From NCBI GenBank assembly GCA_965541585.1, contig CBEUCH010000001.1:64001-128000 (forward strand): 64,000 bases of DNA. The letters are read 5' to 3'. Positions 8,067 through 17,874 of this stretch are shown piece after piece (within the stretch, counting starts at the first letter, position 1; the number at the start of each line of letters is the position of its first letter). A program made the position numbers and the translations under genes. The stretch is from an uncultured bacterium. Its GTDB lineage: Bacteria > Zixibacteria > MSB-5A5 > UBA10806. The notes beneath the pieces were generated by a model. It had not been told where the DNA came from, searched no databases, and was given only the letters and a program-made list of their open reading frames with translations.

Positions 8067-10574
8067 TTAGCCGGCCTTGCTAATCGCCGCTTTGCGTCTC
8101 CTCACAACCGCAATAGTCCCGATGGACAACAACAACAACGCCAGAACCATCATACCCCATTCGGAGAGGGTGGGGATCTCCAGTGTCGAGTTTGGCTCCA
8201 TCTCAATATTTAGTGAAACGCCTTCGCCATCAGCGACGGTTACTCTGGATTCCGTAGCGCCTATATAATCGGGATGGGAGAAGGAAATATCATATGTGCT
8301 CGAAGGCAGGAACATCGAATAGGCGCCATCCTTATCGGTAATATCGGCATCTGTATTCCCCGCGCCGTCATCGGCGGCTACCCGAACGCCGGGGATTGGC
8401 CCGTTTATACCTGCTATAATCCCATCAATTTTGCCGCCGAGCCTTGAGCGAGTAACAGTAAATTGAACCGGAATAGTGATACTGGAATCAACTGGGGCAT
8501 CGGAGATTATTTTGACTGTACCGTTGTAGGTTCCAACAGTTAAACCGGTGGCATCCATGGTGACCTCGATAATAATGGGATCCCCTGCCATCTTAATTTT
8601 GCCGCTATCCGGATCGACAGATAGCCATTGCGGGGTCCCTTCAACGATTGCGGAAACTGTAAACTCAAGGTCTCCCGCACCCAGGTTTGAGACTCTCAAG
8701 GTATCGATATCGGATTGGCCTGTGGGAGCGCTACCGGCTATATTCAAGGGTTTAACAGCTATTACGGGGGCATCCATGTTGTGCGCCCCAAAACCGCCTA
8801 TGATTTCTTGGTAGTGGGGCGTACCATTGCTGAGATTCTCATCGTCGTCGTCCAACGTCAGGTAATCGACTGTAATTTCAGGCGTAATGAGCTCTCCTGT
8901 GTGCAAAAACATGGCGTTAATTGCTATGTTGGAGATAATATCTCTATATGTGCTAGGATTAGTACTCTGCAACGAATCTCTGGTATCCCATACAGACGCT
9001 GAGAGAACCGTACCACAAGTATCGATGCTACCGGAACATGGATAATTGCGAGTATTTTGGGCAGTACGCCACCAAGCATTGCAGTCGTAATGAATTCCTC
9101 TTGCCATCTCGGGAGTGTCAGTGATGAGAACGGCCATAACATCGGCCATGCCCTGATGATACTGGCCGTAGGGCCAAAACGAGATACCGGCCATATATTC
9201 AAGATGATGGCCGTATTCATGGTGAATGATAGTTGAAAAGGCCGTATTGGGGCACGTATCAGCACTGACGATGCCAGCTCTGCCCAACATTATGCCGGGA
9301 CCCGCACGCCCGTAGCTGGTATCATCAGGAAATATATACAGTCCGTTGCATATTTTTTCATCAGTATTTGCGTAAACAGCAAATTCGGACGAGTCCAACA
9401 AACCAGGGAATGAGTCGTTATATGCCAAAACGTAATCTCGAGCGATATTGATCTGAAAATAGGCATTTGCCTCTCCCCGCGTAAAATCCGTTTCCGTTTG
9501 CATCGGGTTATGCATGAAATAGACATATTGTGACGGATCTACAGTCCATGATATCATGGCATCGGATGAATCCGGGTGATTGAATACTCTAAACCATGAT
9601 CCGCGGAGGTGTGATACTACGGTAACGTCCTCCTCGCCCTCATTGGAGATAGTAAATTCGCCGTATTCGTCGGTATACACTGTATCCCCGCCGTCGATAT
9701 ACACTCGCGCATAGGGCAAGGGCGTGCCATTTTCAGTTCCACAAGTATCCGCGCCGCTGCCTTGCGTGGTCCTGCCTCTAACCACGCCACTTACGTCACT
9801 GTAGACTATACGACTCTGTGACAACAGAATCTCGCCGGTTTGAGCGTCTATCAGAAAAAGCCACTTCTCGTAATCGAGAGACGCTTCAAAGTTGTTTTCG
9901 GCAACAATTTCCATTGCCAGGGCAGGTTCTACATCCATGTCGTCGGACCCCGCCCAGACGACCAGCCGCGGCTCGGTGAAATTGATAAAGGTAGGATTGA
10001 AGGATCTGGCGGCATTTTGGGCCATAGCGGGATTCAGACCAACGCCGGCCGGGACAGTAAAATCACCCAGATCCCGCAAGGCGGAGGCGGCCATAACAAG
10101 CGGGTAACCCGGCTTGTTGCGAACCAGAAGCCGCAGGTCGGCGCCATATACGGGAATGCCGTCCTTGAACTGAGAATAATAGACCAGTCGGAACTTATAT
10201 TTCCCTGTCTGGCGATTATACATGACCGGCTGGGTGCGCCGTTTGTCATAGAGCATGCTTTCCGGATACAGATCGTCGGGATCAACGCCGAAAACTGTTG
10301 AGTATTTTATCTTGAACTGTTCGGCGACATCAAGAGCGCTGGAGCCGGCGCCCAACGGCGTGCCGTAGATACGGGTAATGCGGTCTCCCTGCTTGTACAA
10401 CATTAAGTCAGGAAAATCGGCTTTCAGCATCGCAAGCGTCGCTTCCGATTCCGCACCGCCGGCCGCATCGGCGGCTGATGGAATAATCCATAAGACGGAC
10501 ATACAGAACAGCGCCGTCAGAAGATACCTGCTCGTGATTTTTCCCCGATTCTTTACACTGTTCGAAGCCTTCAT
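8067..10574 (-). CDS. M4/M36-like metallopeptidase-fold surface protein with IPTL-CTERM sorting signal
   Basis: Signal peptide; FTP/PepSY-like propeptide (YSQFKDGIPVYGA, LIDAQTGEIL); HEYGH; BACON-like and carboxypeptidase-regulatory-like domains; IPTLSEWG + TM helix + RRRK. Confidence 0.8.
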   Translation of the reverse strand: MKASNSVKNRGKITSRYLLTALFCMSVLWIIPSAADAAGGAESEATLAMLKADFPDLMLYKQGDRITRIYGTPLGAGSSALDVAEQFKIKYSTVFGVDPDDLYPESMLYDKRRTQPVMYNRQTGKYKFRLVYYSQFKDGIPVYGADLRLLVRNKPGYPLVMAASALRDLGDFTVPAGVGLNPAMAQNAARSFNPTFINFTEPRLVVWAGSDDMDVEPALAMEIVAENNFEASLDYEKWLFLIDAQTGEILLSQSRIVYSDVSGVVRGRTTQGSGADTCGTENGTPLPYARVYIDGGDTVYTDEYGEFTISNEGEEDVTVVSHLRGSWFRVFNHPDSSDAMISWTVDPSQYVYFMHNPMQTETDFTRGEANAYFQINIARDYVLAYNDSFPGLLDSSEFAVYANTDEKICNGLYIFPDDTSYGRAGPGIMLGRAGIVSADTCPNTAFSTIIHHEYGHHLEYMAGISFWPYGQYHQGMADVMAVLITDTPEMARGIHYDCNAWWRTAQNTRNYPCSGSIDTCGTVLSASVWDTRDSLQSTNPSTYRDIISNIAINAMFLHTGELITPEITVDYLTLDDDDENLSNGTPHYQEIIGGFGAHNMDAPVIAVKPLNIAGSAPTGQSDIDTLRVSNLGAGDLEFTVSAIVEGTPQWLSVDPDSGKIKMAGDPIIIEVTMDATGLTVGTYNGTVKIISDAPVDSSITIPVQFTVTRSRLGGKIDGIIAGINGPIPGVRVAADDGAGNTDADITDKDGAYSMFLPSSTYDISFSHPDYIGATESRVTVADGEGVSLNIEMEPNSTLEIPTLSEWGMMVLALLLLSIGTIAVVRRRKAAISKAG

Positions 10575-11081
10575 TTCAATCCTCCCTGTTGATTTTATTT
10601 CTCGAAAGGCTCTCCCGAATGATTTTTCCCAAAAATCTCCTCCTTCTGCGGTTGCTGATCAATTTACATCCAAGCCAGTATCATCAATGCGATAAGCCAC
10701 ATGCAGCCAATCGCAGTTACCTGCTATCCTCGGATCGTAAGCCACAACCTCGTCGCCTTTCGGCACGGGGTGCCCCGGCGCTACAAATACAAATAAAACA
10801 ACAACAAAAAAATCCGATACGCATCAGAAGCTCTAATTTCACGTATCAATTTTGCGGGTGTCTGTCAGAGTTGCAAGTGTCCGTCAGATAATTTAGAAAT
10901 GGCCTGTCCGTTGTCAATAAGAAAATGGATATCTGGGTTTTCTTAATGCCGAAAAGAGGGGATCGATTTAGTCAACTAATGTTAACAGGGTTATTCGGAT
11001 TCTCTGCGGAGGCGCAATACCCGATAATTTCCTTTGTTCATATTGGAGTAGTATGCTAAATTCTGGCGGCCTGGACGGTTT

Positions 11082-12419
11082 ATGCAGATTACGATAATAG
11101 GAATGGGGGAGGTCGGCAGGCACCTGGCCTCTATGCTGGCAGCAGAGGATCATGACGTCACCATTGTCGATTCCAATGCGGAGAGCCTGGAGGCCGCGGG
11201 AGATAAGATCGACGTTCGCGCTGTCAAGGGTAACGGCGCCTCGTTCCGGACATTGCGCAAGGCGGAGGTTCAGAAGTCCGATATCGTGGCGGCGGTCACT
11301 AACGACGATGCAGTAAATATCGTAGCCTCCCTGCAAGCCAAAGAGCTCGGTGCACAGACGGTGATCGCCCGGGTAGACTCCCACGACTATCTCCCCGGCC
11401 GGGAGGGAGCGTTCCACGGGCTGTTGGGGATCGACCTGGTTATCTCCACCAGTATATTGGCGGCAGTCCAGGTTCACAAGCTGATACGATCATTCGGTGC
11501 CATGAGAGTCGAACATTTCGCCGATAACCGGGTACAGATGGTTCAGCTTCGCGTGGAAGACCCCGCCAATTGCGAGACCCCCTTAAAAGACCTCAAGATA
11601 CCCTCGGATACGCTTATAGCAGCGGTTTTAAGGGGGGATGAACTGATAATTCCATCCGGCGATGATCACTTGGTGCTGGATGACGAGGCTTTCGTTATCG
11701 GTAAGACGGAGCATATTCAAAACTCCGAACCCTTTTTCGGTGAAGCGGAGCGCCGGGGTGCGAAATCGATTGTAATTCTTGGAGGCGGTGAAATCGGTTT
11801 CGCCGTGGCGCGCTCTTTAGAAAAGCAGGGAATGAGCGTCAAGATAATCGAATGGAATCCCAAGGTCTGCGAGTATTTATCCGAGACGCTGTCCGAGGCG
11901 ATCATTATCAACGGCGACGGCACGGATCTGGACCTTCTGAAGGAGGAGAAGTTGGGGGAGGCCGATGTATTCGTGGCAGCCTCCAGGCGGGACGAGGTCA
12001 ATCTAATGTCGGGATTGGTGGCCCGGGATCTCGGCGTCAAGGAAATCATAGCTCTGGTGCACAGGCCTACCTATATGACCGTTTATGAACACCTCGGAAT
12101 CGACGCCACCATCTCGCCGCGACGGCTGGCCGCCAACCAGATTCTGAAATATGTGAGGCCGGGGCGGGTGGTTTCAGTTTCCGAGATTGCGGGCGGCAAA
12201 GGGGAAATCCTGGAATTCGTGGTGCCGAAAAAAAGTAAGATCATTCAGAACAAGTTGAAAAACGTCGGGTTCCCCAAAGGGGCGGTAATCGGGGCTATGG
12301 TCGGGAAGCGGGGTATCTCGGTTCCCACGGGCGACGATAAAATCATGCCCGGCGATTCGGTTATCGTCTTTACAACGCCCAAGGTTCGCTCGAAGGTAGA
12401 ACAGTTTTTCAAGCAGTAG
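11082..12419 (+). CDS. trkA: Trk potassium uptake NAD-binding subunit
   Basis: Two RCK N/C pairs with IIGMGEVG and ILGGGEIG motifs. Confidence 0.95.
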   Translation: MQITIIGMGEVGRHLASMLAAEDHDVTIVDSNAESLEAAGDKIDVRAVKGNGASFRTLRKAEVQKSDIVAAVTNDDAVNIVASLQAKELGAQTVIARVDSHDYLPGREGAFHGLLGIDLVISTSILAAVQVHKLIRSFGAMRVEHFADNRVQMVQLRVEDPANCETPLKDLKIPSDTLIAAVLRGDELIIPSGDDHLVLDDEAFVIGKTEHIQNSEPFFGEAERRGAKSIVILGGGEIGFAVARSLEKQGMSVKIIEWNPKVCEYLSETLSEAIIINGDGTDLDLLKEEKLGEADVFVAASRRDEVNLMSGLVARDLGVKEIIALVHRPTYMTVYEHLGIDATISPRRLAANQILKYVRPGRVVSVSEIAGGKGEILEFVVPKKSKIIQNKLKNVGFPKGAVIGAMVGKRGISVPTGDDKIMPGDSVIVFTTPKVRSKVEQFFKQ

Positions 12420-12423
12420 CTAT

Positions 12424-13866
12424 ATGAACTGGCGAACCATCGCGAGACTCTCCGGAATATTACTGGTTATAATCGGGGTGGCCATGGCGACTTCCCTCAT
12501 CTGGGCCGCACTCGATTCGGATTCGAACAGTCTTAAAGGTTTTGCGTTTTCGGTGGCGATAACCCTGGCGGCCGGCTTCGGTTTGTTTTTTTCGGGCCGC
12601 AAGAGCGATGTCATCGCCATCAGGGAGGCGGTTTTCCTGGTGGCCTCCGGTTGGTTTCTGGCGGGGATCTTCGGCGCCCTGCCCTATTTTTTTACCGGCA
12701 CATTCAATGGCTTCATAGACTGTTTCTTCGAGACGGTCTCGGGGTTTACCACCACCGGCTCCACCGTGATGACCGATATCGAGGGTTCATCGAGGGCAAT
12801 CCTGTTCTGGCGGGCATTGACACAGTGGCTGGGCGGTATGGGGATCATCGTCTTGTTTATCGCCGTGCTGCCGCGGCTGGGTGTAGGGGCGAAAAAGCTT
12901 TTTGAAGCGGAGGTGCCCGGCCCGATCTCATCATCGTTCAAGCCGAAACTCAAAGCGACGTCCTCGATTCTATGGAGAATATATTTCGCGCTCACCGCCG
13001 TTGAGATTATCGTCTTGATGATATGCAATATGAGTATCTTCGATGCCGTCTGCCATTCGTTCACAACCATGTCCACGGGGGGATTTTCGACCCGGACGGC
13101 ATCGCTGGGATACTACAACTCCGCGGCCGTCGATATAGTGGTAACGATTTTTATGTTCGCGGCCGGTGTTAACTTCTACCTGTATTACCTGTCAGTCAGG
13201 GGAAACTTAAAGACCATATATAAAGACGTTGAATTCAGATTCTATGCCGGTCTTATGGTGCTGGCTACGTTTTTGATTACATTTGATATATTAATTATCC
13301 ATCCCGACTTCTGGCATGCCCTGAGGATAGGGGCCTTCCAGACGGTGGCAATCGGTACCACCACCGGTTTCGGCACCGATAATTTCAATCTGTATCCTTC
13401 GTTCTCAAGGGTGCTTCTGGTCATCCTGATGTTTATCGGGGGCTCAGCGGGCTCCACCGCCGGCGGAATGAAAATCTCCAGGTTTATAGTTGTTTTGAAA
13501 AGCATCAAGGACGAGCTTATTAAGGCCTCGCGGCCTCACGTAGTACGGGCGGTAAAGATCGGCGGGCATACAATACCGAAAGAGATCCGGCACAGCATTA
13601 TGGTCTTCTTCGCCGCGTTGATCGCAGTTTTCACAATCGGCACCTTGTTCATGACGGCGCTGGAACTCGATATCATAACTGCAGCCACGTCGGTGGCGGC
13701 CACACTCTGCAATATCGGGCCGGGGCTGGAGAGGGTCGGCTCTATCGAGAATTACGCCTTCATACCGCCCATCGGGAAACTCTTCTTAACCTTCTGCATG
13801 ATACTGGGCCGCCTGGAGCTGGTAACTGTGCTTGCCATACTGCTGCCGAATTTCTGGCGGCGGTGA
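12424..13866 (+). CDS. trkH: Trk potassium uptake membrane subunit
   Basis: SGFTTTG, STGGFS, TTTGF, GSTAGGMK, NIGPG and GRLE motifs; follows trkA. Confidence 0.95.
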   Translation: MNWRTIARLSGILLVIIGVAMATSLIWAALDSDSNSLKGFAFSVAITLAAGFGLFFSGRKSDVIAIREAVFLVASGWFLAGIFGALPYFFTGTFNGFIDCFFETVSGFTTTGSTVMTDIEGSSRAILFWRALTQWLGGMGIIVLFIAVLPRLGVGAKKLFEAEVPGPISSSFKPKLKATSSILWRIYFALTAVEIIVLMICNMSIFDAVCHSFTTMSTGGFSTRTASLGYYNSAAVDIVVTIFMFAAGVNFYLYYLSVRGNLKTIYKDVEFRFYAGLMVLATFLITFDILIIHPDFWHALRIGAFQTVAIGTTTGFGTDNFNLYPSFSRVLLVILMFIGGSAGSTAGGMKISRFIVVLKSIKDELIKASRPHVVRAVKIGGHTIPKEIRHSIMVFFAALIAVFTIGTLFMTALELDIITAATSVAATLCNIGPGLERVGSIENYAFIPPIGKLFLTFCMILGRLELVTVLAILLPNFWRR

Positions 13867-13940
13867 AGCTGAAGCACAAGAATGCCGGGTTTCTCTCCCG
13901 CTTTGCGGGATCTGAACCCGACCAACAATTATTAATAGAC

Positions 13941-14152
13941 ATTGTCATTCCCAACTCGAGTGAGAATCCAAAAGGAAGGCCTACCCCTGGATTCCCGTCC
14001 TACAGATCCGTAGGATTTACACGGGAATGACAATTTCGGTGCTGTCTAATCGGCCAGCCTGACAACACGTAAGGGTAGATTGCTTCGGCCTTCGGCCTCG
14101 CAATGACATAGTGGCGGATCTTATTTGTAGGTCGGGGATTCATTCCCCGACA
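13941..14152. repeat. Cluster of REP-like palindromic repeats (BIME-like) between convergent genes
   Basis: ATTGTCATTCCC...GGGAATGACAAT (13941-14034), AGATTGCTTCGGCCTTCGGCCTCGCAATGACA (14077-14108), GTAGGTCGGGG...CCCCGACA (14127-14152); related copies at 63268-63517. Confidence 0.8.
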
Positions 14153-14192
14153 GGAAGGCTAGTTCGATTCTCGGATCGATCTGAGATCGACG

Positions 14193-14987
14193 CTACAGCT
14201 TTGTCCCCAAGTATCTTTTAACCAGTGTATAAATGCAGACGAAATAGAAAAAACCGGCCCATCCGGCCAGACCAAATGTGCTGAAGATGGGGTAGCTCAG
14301 AAGCCTCCGGTCTATCCGGAGGATGCTATAGCCATCGTAGAGCCAGACGGCCAGACAGGCGAGGACAAGAGCCACAATACCGCCGACGATCCAGAAGATC
14401 AGTTTTTGTCCGGATTTTCGTCTGAGTGGATTTGAAGAGGGTTCCGGAATGAGGTTCGATTTCAAGGCATAAATAAATATGGTCAGCGCTCCCAGGGTTG
14501 TGCTGAGATGCTGAACGATTCTATAGTTGGGAACGGTAATGCCGAAAATAGCCGATTCTTTAATCAAAAATGGAATCCTGCGGACGATTTCGCCGTATTG
14601 GTGAGTCATTGAATCCCAGAAAAAATGGCTCAAGGCGCCGATAAGAACCGAATACGCCAATATTATTAATCCCCGCCAGCCGACCAGGCGGAATTTACTC
14701 TCTGCAAGTCCCCAGAGGAACCGGTTCAGGGGCCGCGGAAGATTCAATATGAAATGATATTTGAACAACTTGTGAAAGACAAAAGAGAAAACAATTCCAG
14801 CCGGCAGGCAGAACATGAAAAGCCCAGTCCATGAGTGGCTGACTCCCCTGTGGGTCGTGGTCAGCATCAAGAAATAGATCAAATCCGGAGTCATGGCGCC
14901 CGCCATCAGCCCCGTCAAAGAAAACCAGCGCGGCCGGATCTGTTTTAAGGGCAGGACGATTGCGGGGTGGGAGATCGTGAACGGCAT
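14193..14987 (-). CDS. DUF4184 family membrane protein
   Basis: MPFTISHPAIVLP...GAMTPD...SHS...SHFFWDSMTH...QHLST signature. Confidence 0.85.
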   Translation of the reverse strand: MPFTISHPAIVLPLKQIRPRWFSLTGLMAGAMTPDLIYFLMLTTTHRGVSHSWTGLFMFCLPAGIVFSFVFHKLFKYHFILNLPRPLNRFLWGLAESKFRLVGWRGLIILAYSVLIGALSHFFWDSMTHQYGEIVRRIPFLIKESAIFGITVPNYRIVQHLSTTLGALTIFIYALKSNLIPEPSSNPLRRKSGQKLIFWIVGGIVALVLACLAVWLYDGYSILRIDRRLLSYPIFSTFGLAGWAGFFYFVCIYTLVKRYLGTKL

Positions 14988-15166
14988 GGCCTATTATAAA
15001 CCATGAAACCGGTTTTGTTCGCAACCTCAAAAAAAAGTGGCCGGATCTTTGTGGGATATTGTCCCGGCGGCTTTTTCGACCTGACATGCAGGATAAAGAC
15101 CAATTATTTAATTTGGATTCTGTTAGAGATAAATTATATTCCAGCAAGTAAAAAGAGAGGTGAAAG

Positions 15167-15532
15167 ATGCACAAGATTCTAACTACACTAACCGTTTTTT
15201 GCATGCTGATTGCAGGGGTGACACAAATCTCCTGTTCCACAAGCGATAAGGGCGCTGAGAAGAAGGCGGAGGCGAAGACGGAGACGAAGACGAAGATGGA
15301 GGTGGAGATCAGCAATACGCAACCTCCGGCCGAGCTTTACCAGACGACAGACGCCCTTTCAGGCAAAACGATTAATCGGAATATCTATGAGGATTATGAG
15401 GGGAAACGGGTTTATTTCTGTTGCCGGAACAGCAAGAAGACATTTCTCGACGATCCTTCAATATATTTAGATAAATTCAAAGAACTGGGGGTAACCCTCC
15501 AGGATGCTCCTGCGCCGGATGCCAACGAATAG
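15167..15532 (+). CDS. YHS-domain lipoprotein
   Basis: Lipobox-like QISC; YEGKRVYFCC...FLDDPSIY YHS-type motif. Confidence 0.7.
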   Translation: MHKILTTLTVFCMLIAGVTQISCSTSDKGAEKKAEAKTETKTKMEVEISNTQPPAELYQTTDALSGKTINRNIYEDYEGKRVYFCCRNSKKTFLDDPSIYLDKFKELGVTLQDAPAPDANE

Positions 15533-15679
15533 CCGGCAGGTCGATGCTGGCTCATTTACAGATACTGACCTTTTACAGAAGATTAAAGAGAAGCGATTTT
15601 AGCCGATGTCAGGTTCTGCTGATCAGCGGGGCTGTCAATTTGTATGCATCCTGACACGTCGACATTATGCGAGTTTTCA

Positions 15680-15871
15680 TTACCCTGCAGGCCTTTCGGG
15701 GACAATGATCCAGGCGATGATATAGGCCAGCACTCCGGAGCCGACCGCGAATAACATCGCCAGCCAGATCAACCGGATTATAGTCGGATCGATATCGAAA
15801 TATTCACCCAGGCCGCCGCAGACCCCGGCAATCTTCTTCTCCTCTGCAGATCTGTACAGTTTTTTCGCCAT
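15680..15871 (-). CDS. pspC: PspC domain protein
   Basis: KKLYRS...[20 protein letters not shown]...[10 protein letters not shown]. Confidence 0.9.
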   Translation of the reverse strand: MAKKLYRSAEEKKIAGVCGGLGEYFDIDPTIIRLIWLAMLFAVGSGVLAYIIAWIIVPERPAG

Positions 15872-15914
15872 GCCGCTATCCTCTCATCGAGATATTATAT
15901 CTTCCGGATATGAA

Positions 15915-15941
15915 TACGTATTCTGTATTACCTATGTTTCA
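15915..15941 (-). promoter_or_regulatory. Candidate ECF (SigW-like) promoter of pspC
   Basis: Minus strand TGAAAC-N17-CGTA about 45 nt upstream of the pspC start. Confidence 0.55.
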
Positions 15942-16023
15942 AGTGCGGGCCGTGATAGTCTCTGCCCATAACAGACAACCACAGGTATGGTGCTCCGACC
16001 ATACCCGCAAAAGTCTCAGGGAT

Positions 16024-17418
16024 TTACTCTTCCGGATCCCCCTCGTCGTTAAATTCTTCGTCCGTATCGTCAATCTTCTTTCGCTCAGCCTGTACGCTGG
16101 ATCTATCGAGCAGTGCGAATTTATTGTTCTTGCCGCGGATTACCTTAAACAGGATGAAATTGTCATCTTCGTCTAAACCGTCCATTGTGTCGGTGAACGT
16201 TTCGAAGTCGGGAGTCTTTTTATGATTGACTGTTATGATAACGTCGCCCTCGAATAAATCCCCCTTGGCGGCGACGCTGCCGATCTCCACAAAGGATACA
16301 TAGACACCTTCTCTGCTTTCCAGAAGGTATGTGCTGTACATGTTTTCCGTAATCTCTTTGACGGTATAGCCGAGTTCAGACTCGTACTTCTCGGCCTTCA
16401 CCTTGGGCTGCTGCCCGATCGTGATTTCGATATTCTTGACTTTTCCATTCCGCAGCAGCCTGATGGTTTTGGTAGCGTTCACAGGAGTCTGAGAAACGGT
16501 CAGGGTAAACCGGTTCAAATCGTCCCTTTTTTCCGCCTGGAGAGTCTGATCGCCGAATTCCAGAAGAACATCACCCGGTTTCATACCAGCCTCCTCTGCC
16601 GGTGAACCCTCTAAGATATCGGCGACGAGTATGCCTTCGAGTTCGGGATCATCGAGGTACCTGGCGAAACTGCGGCTGACCGGCTGGATAACGATCCCGA
16701 GCCATCCGCGTTCAATCTTGCCCGATAAAAGAAGGTTGTTTTTAACCTCTACGGCGATGTTAATGGGGATCGTGAATCCCTGAGTACGCCCCAAGCCGCG
16801 AGAGTTTATGCCGATCACCTCTCCCCGGAGGTTTACCAGCGGTCCTCCGGATGATCCCGGTGCGATTGCAGCATCGGTCTGAATAAAGTCGTTTAAGAGG
16901 GGTGTCAGCAAGGGTACATTCAGCACCCTCCCCTTGCCGGAGACTATGCCGAAAGATACGCTTCGGTCAAAACCGTAAGGGTTGCCAACAGCCATGACCC
17001 ATTCGCCCACCTGCACCGAGTCGGAATTGCCCAGTGCGGCCGCCTTCAACACCAGATCCTCAGGAACCTCTATCTTAAGAAGCGCCAGGTCGGTCAGTTT
17101 GTCGGTACCGACAACCTCCGCCCTGAATTCCCGGTACGATTCCAGAGTGACCATCACTTCGATATGATCAACTATTACGTGCTCGTTGGTGAGAATATGG
17201 CCTTCGGTGTCGATTATGAGTCCCGAACCCAACGATTCATACCGCTGGTTGTTCCTTTTTTTTACGACCTCAATATGCACAACGGACGGTTTAATGGAAT
17301 CGGAGACCGAGATTATCAGGGATTTGAGCCTGTCGAAAATCTCAAGGCCGCCGTCGTCGGATCTCGCTGTCCCGAATGTGACGAGGAGCAAAAGTGCTGT
17401 CATTAGAGTTTTTTTCAT
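16024..17418 (-). CDS. HtrA/DegQ-like trypsin protease with two PDZ domains
   Basis: TNEHV, DLAL, IQTDAAIAPGSSGGPL motifs; PDZ domains. Confidence 0.9.
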   Translation of the reverse strand: MKKTLMTALLLLVTFGTARSDDGGLEIFDRLKSLIISVSDSIKPSVVHIEVVKKRNNQRYESLGSGLIIDTEGHILTNEHVIVDHIEVMVTLESYREFRAEVVGTDKLTDLALLKIEVPEDLVLKAAALGNSDSVQVGEWVMAVGNPYGFDRSVSFGIVSGKGRVLNVPLLTPLLNDFIQTDAAIAPGSSGGPLVNLRGEVIGINSRGLGRTQGFTIPINIAVEVKNNLLLSGKIERGWLGIVIQPVSRSFARYLDDPELEGILVADILEGSPAEEAGMKPGDVLLEFGDQTLQAEKRDDLNRFTLTVSQTPVNATKTIRLLRNGKVKNIEITIGQQPKVKAEKYESELGYTVKEITENMYSTYLLESREGVYVSFVEIGSVAAKGDLFEGDVIITVNHKKTPDFETFTDTMDGLDEDDNFILFKVIRGKNNKFALLDRSSVQAERKKIDDTDEEFNDEGDPEE

Positions 17419-17814
17419 CGGACGTTATCCTTCCGTTACGAATGCGTAAGAGATGCCGTCGGCGCCGATCGATCATAGGTCTTTCATACGTATCTTAATT
17501 TAGGGTATTCGGCCACAATTCGCCACACATTTAGGCAGCTCCTCGATTCAGTTTGAGTTTACGCACCCGTGCAGGATAACGATATGCGGGGTGCTTGCCG
17601 GTTTTATGCATCATTCGGAACCTATTCGTGGCATGAGGTTGTTCATAACCTATGACAGGTAATGAAGGAGGAGATTTTAGAATTCGTCAGGCGTTATCAG
17701 CCACAGCCACCATCGGACTTAACCAATTAATATATAAGGGATTAAGCGAGACAGCGAACCGTTTCGGAAGCTATGGAACAATTAGTCGAATTTGAAGGTA
17801 TAGCAACAAAGGTG

Positions 17815-17843
17815 TTGACATAATATCCAGGGAAGTTTATCTT
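17815..17843 (+). promoter_or_regulatory. Sigma-70-type promoter of degP
   Basis: TTGACA-N17-TATCTT; GGAGG RBS before ATG 17875. Confidence 0.65.
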
Positions 17844-17874
17844 GAAAGTTTGCGGAAATTCGGGAGGGTAGATC

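Noticed and set aside
15005..15014. TGAAACCGGT shared by the promoter spacers of DUF4184 and rarA
   Set aside because: Only a 10-mer in two unrelated genes; compatible with chance
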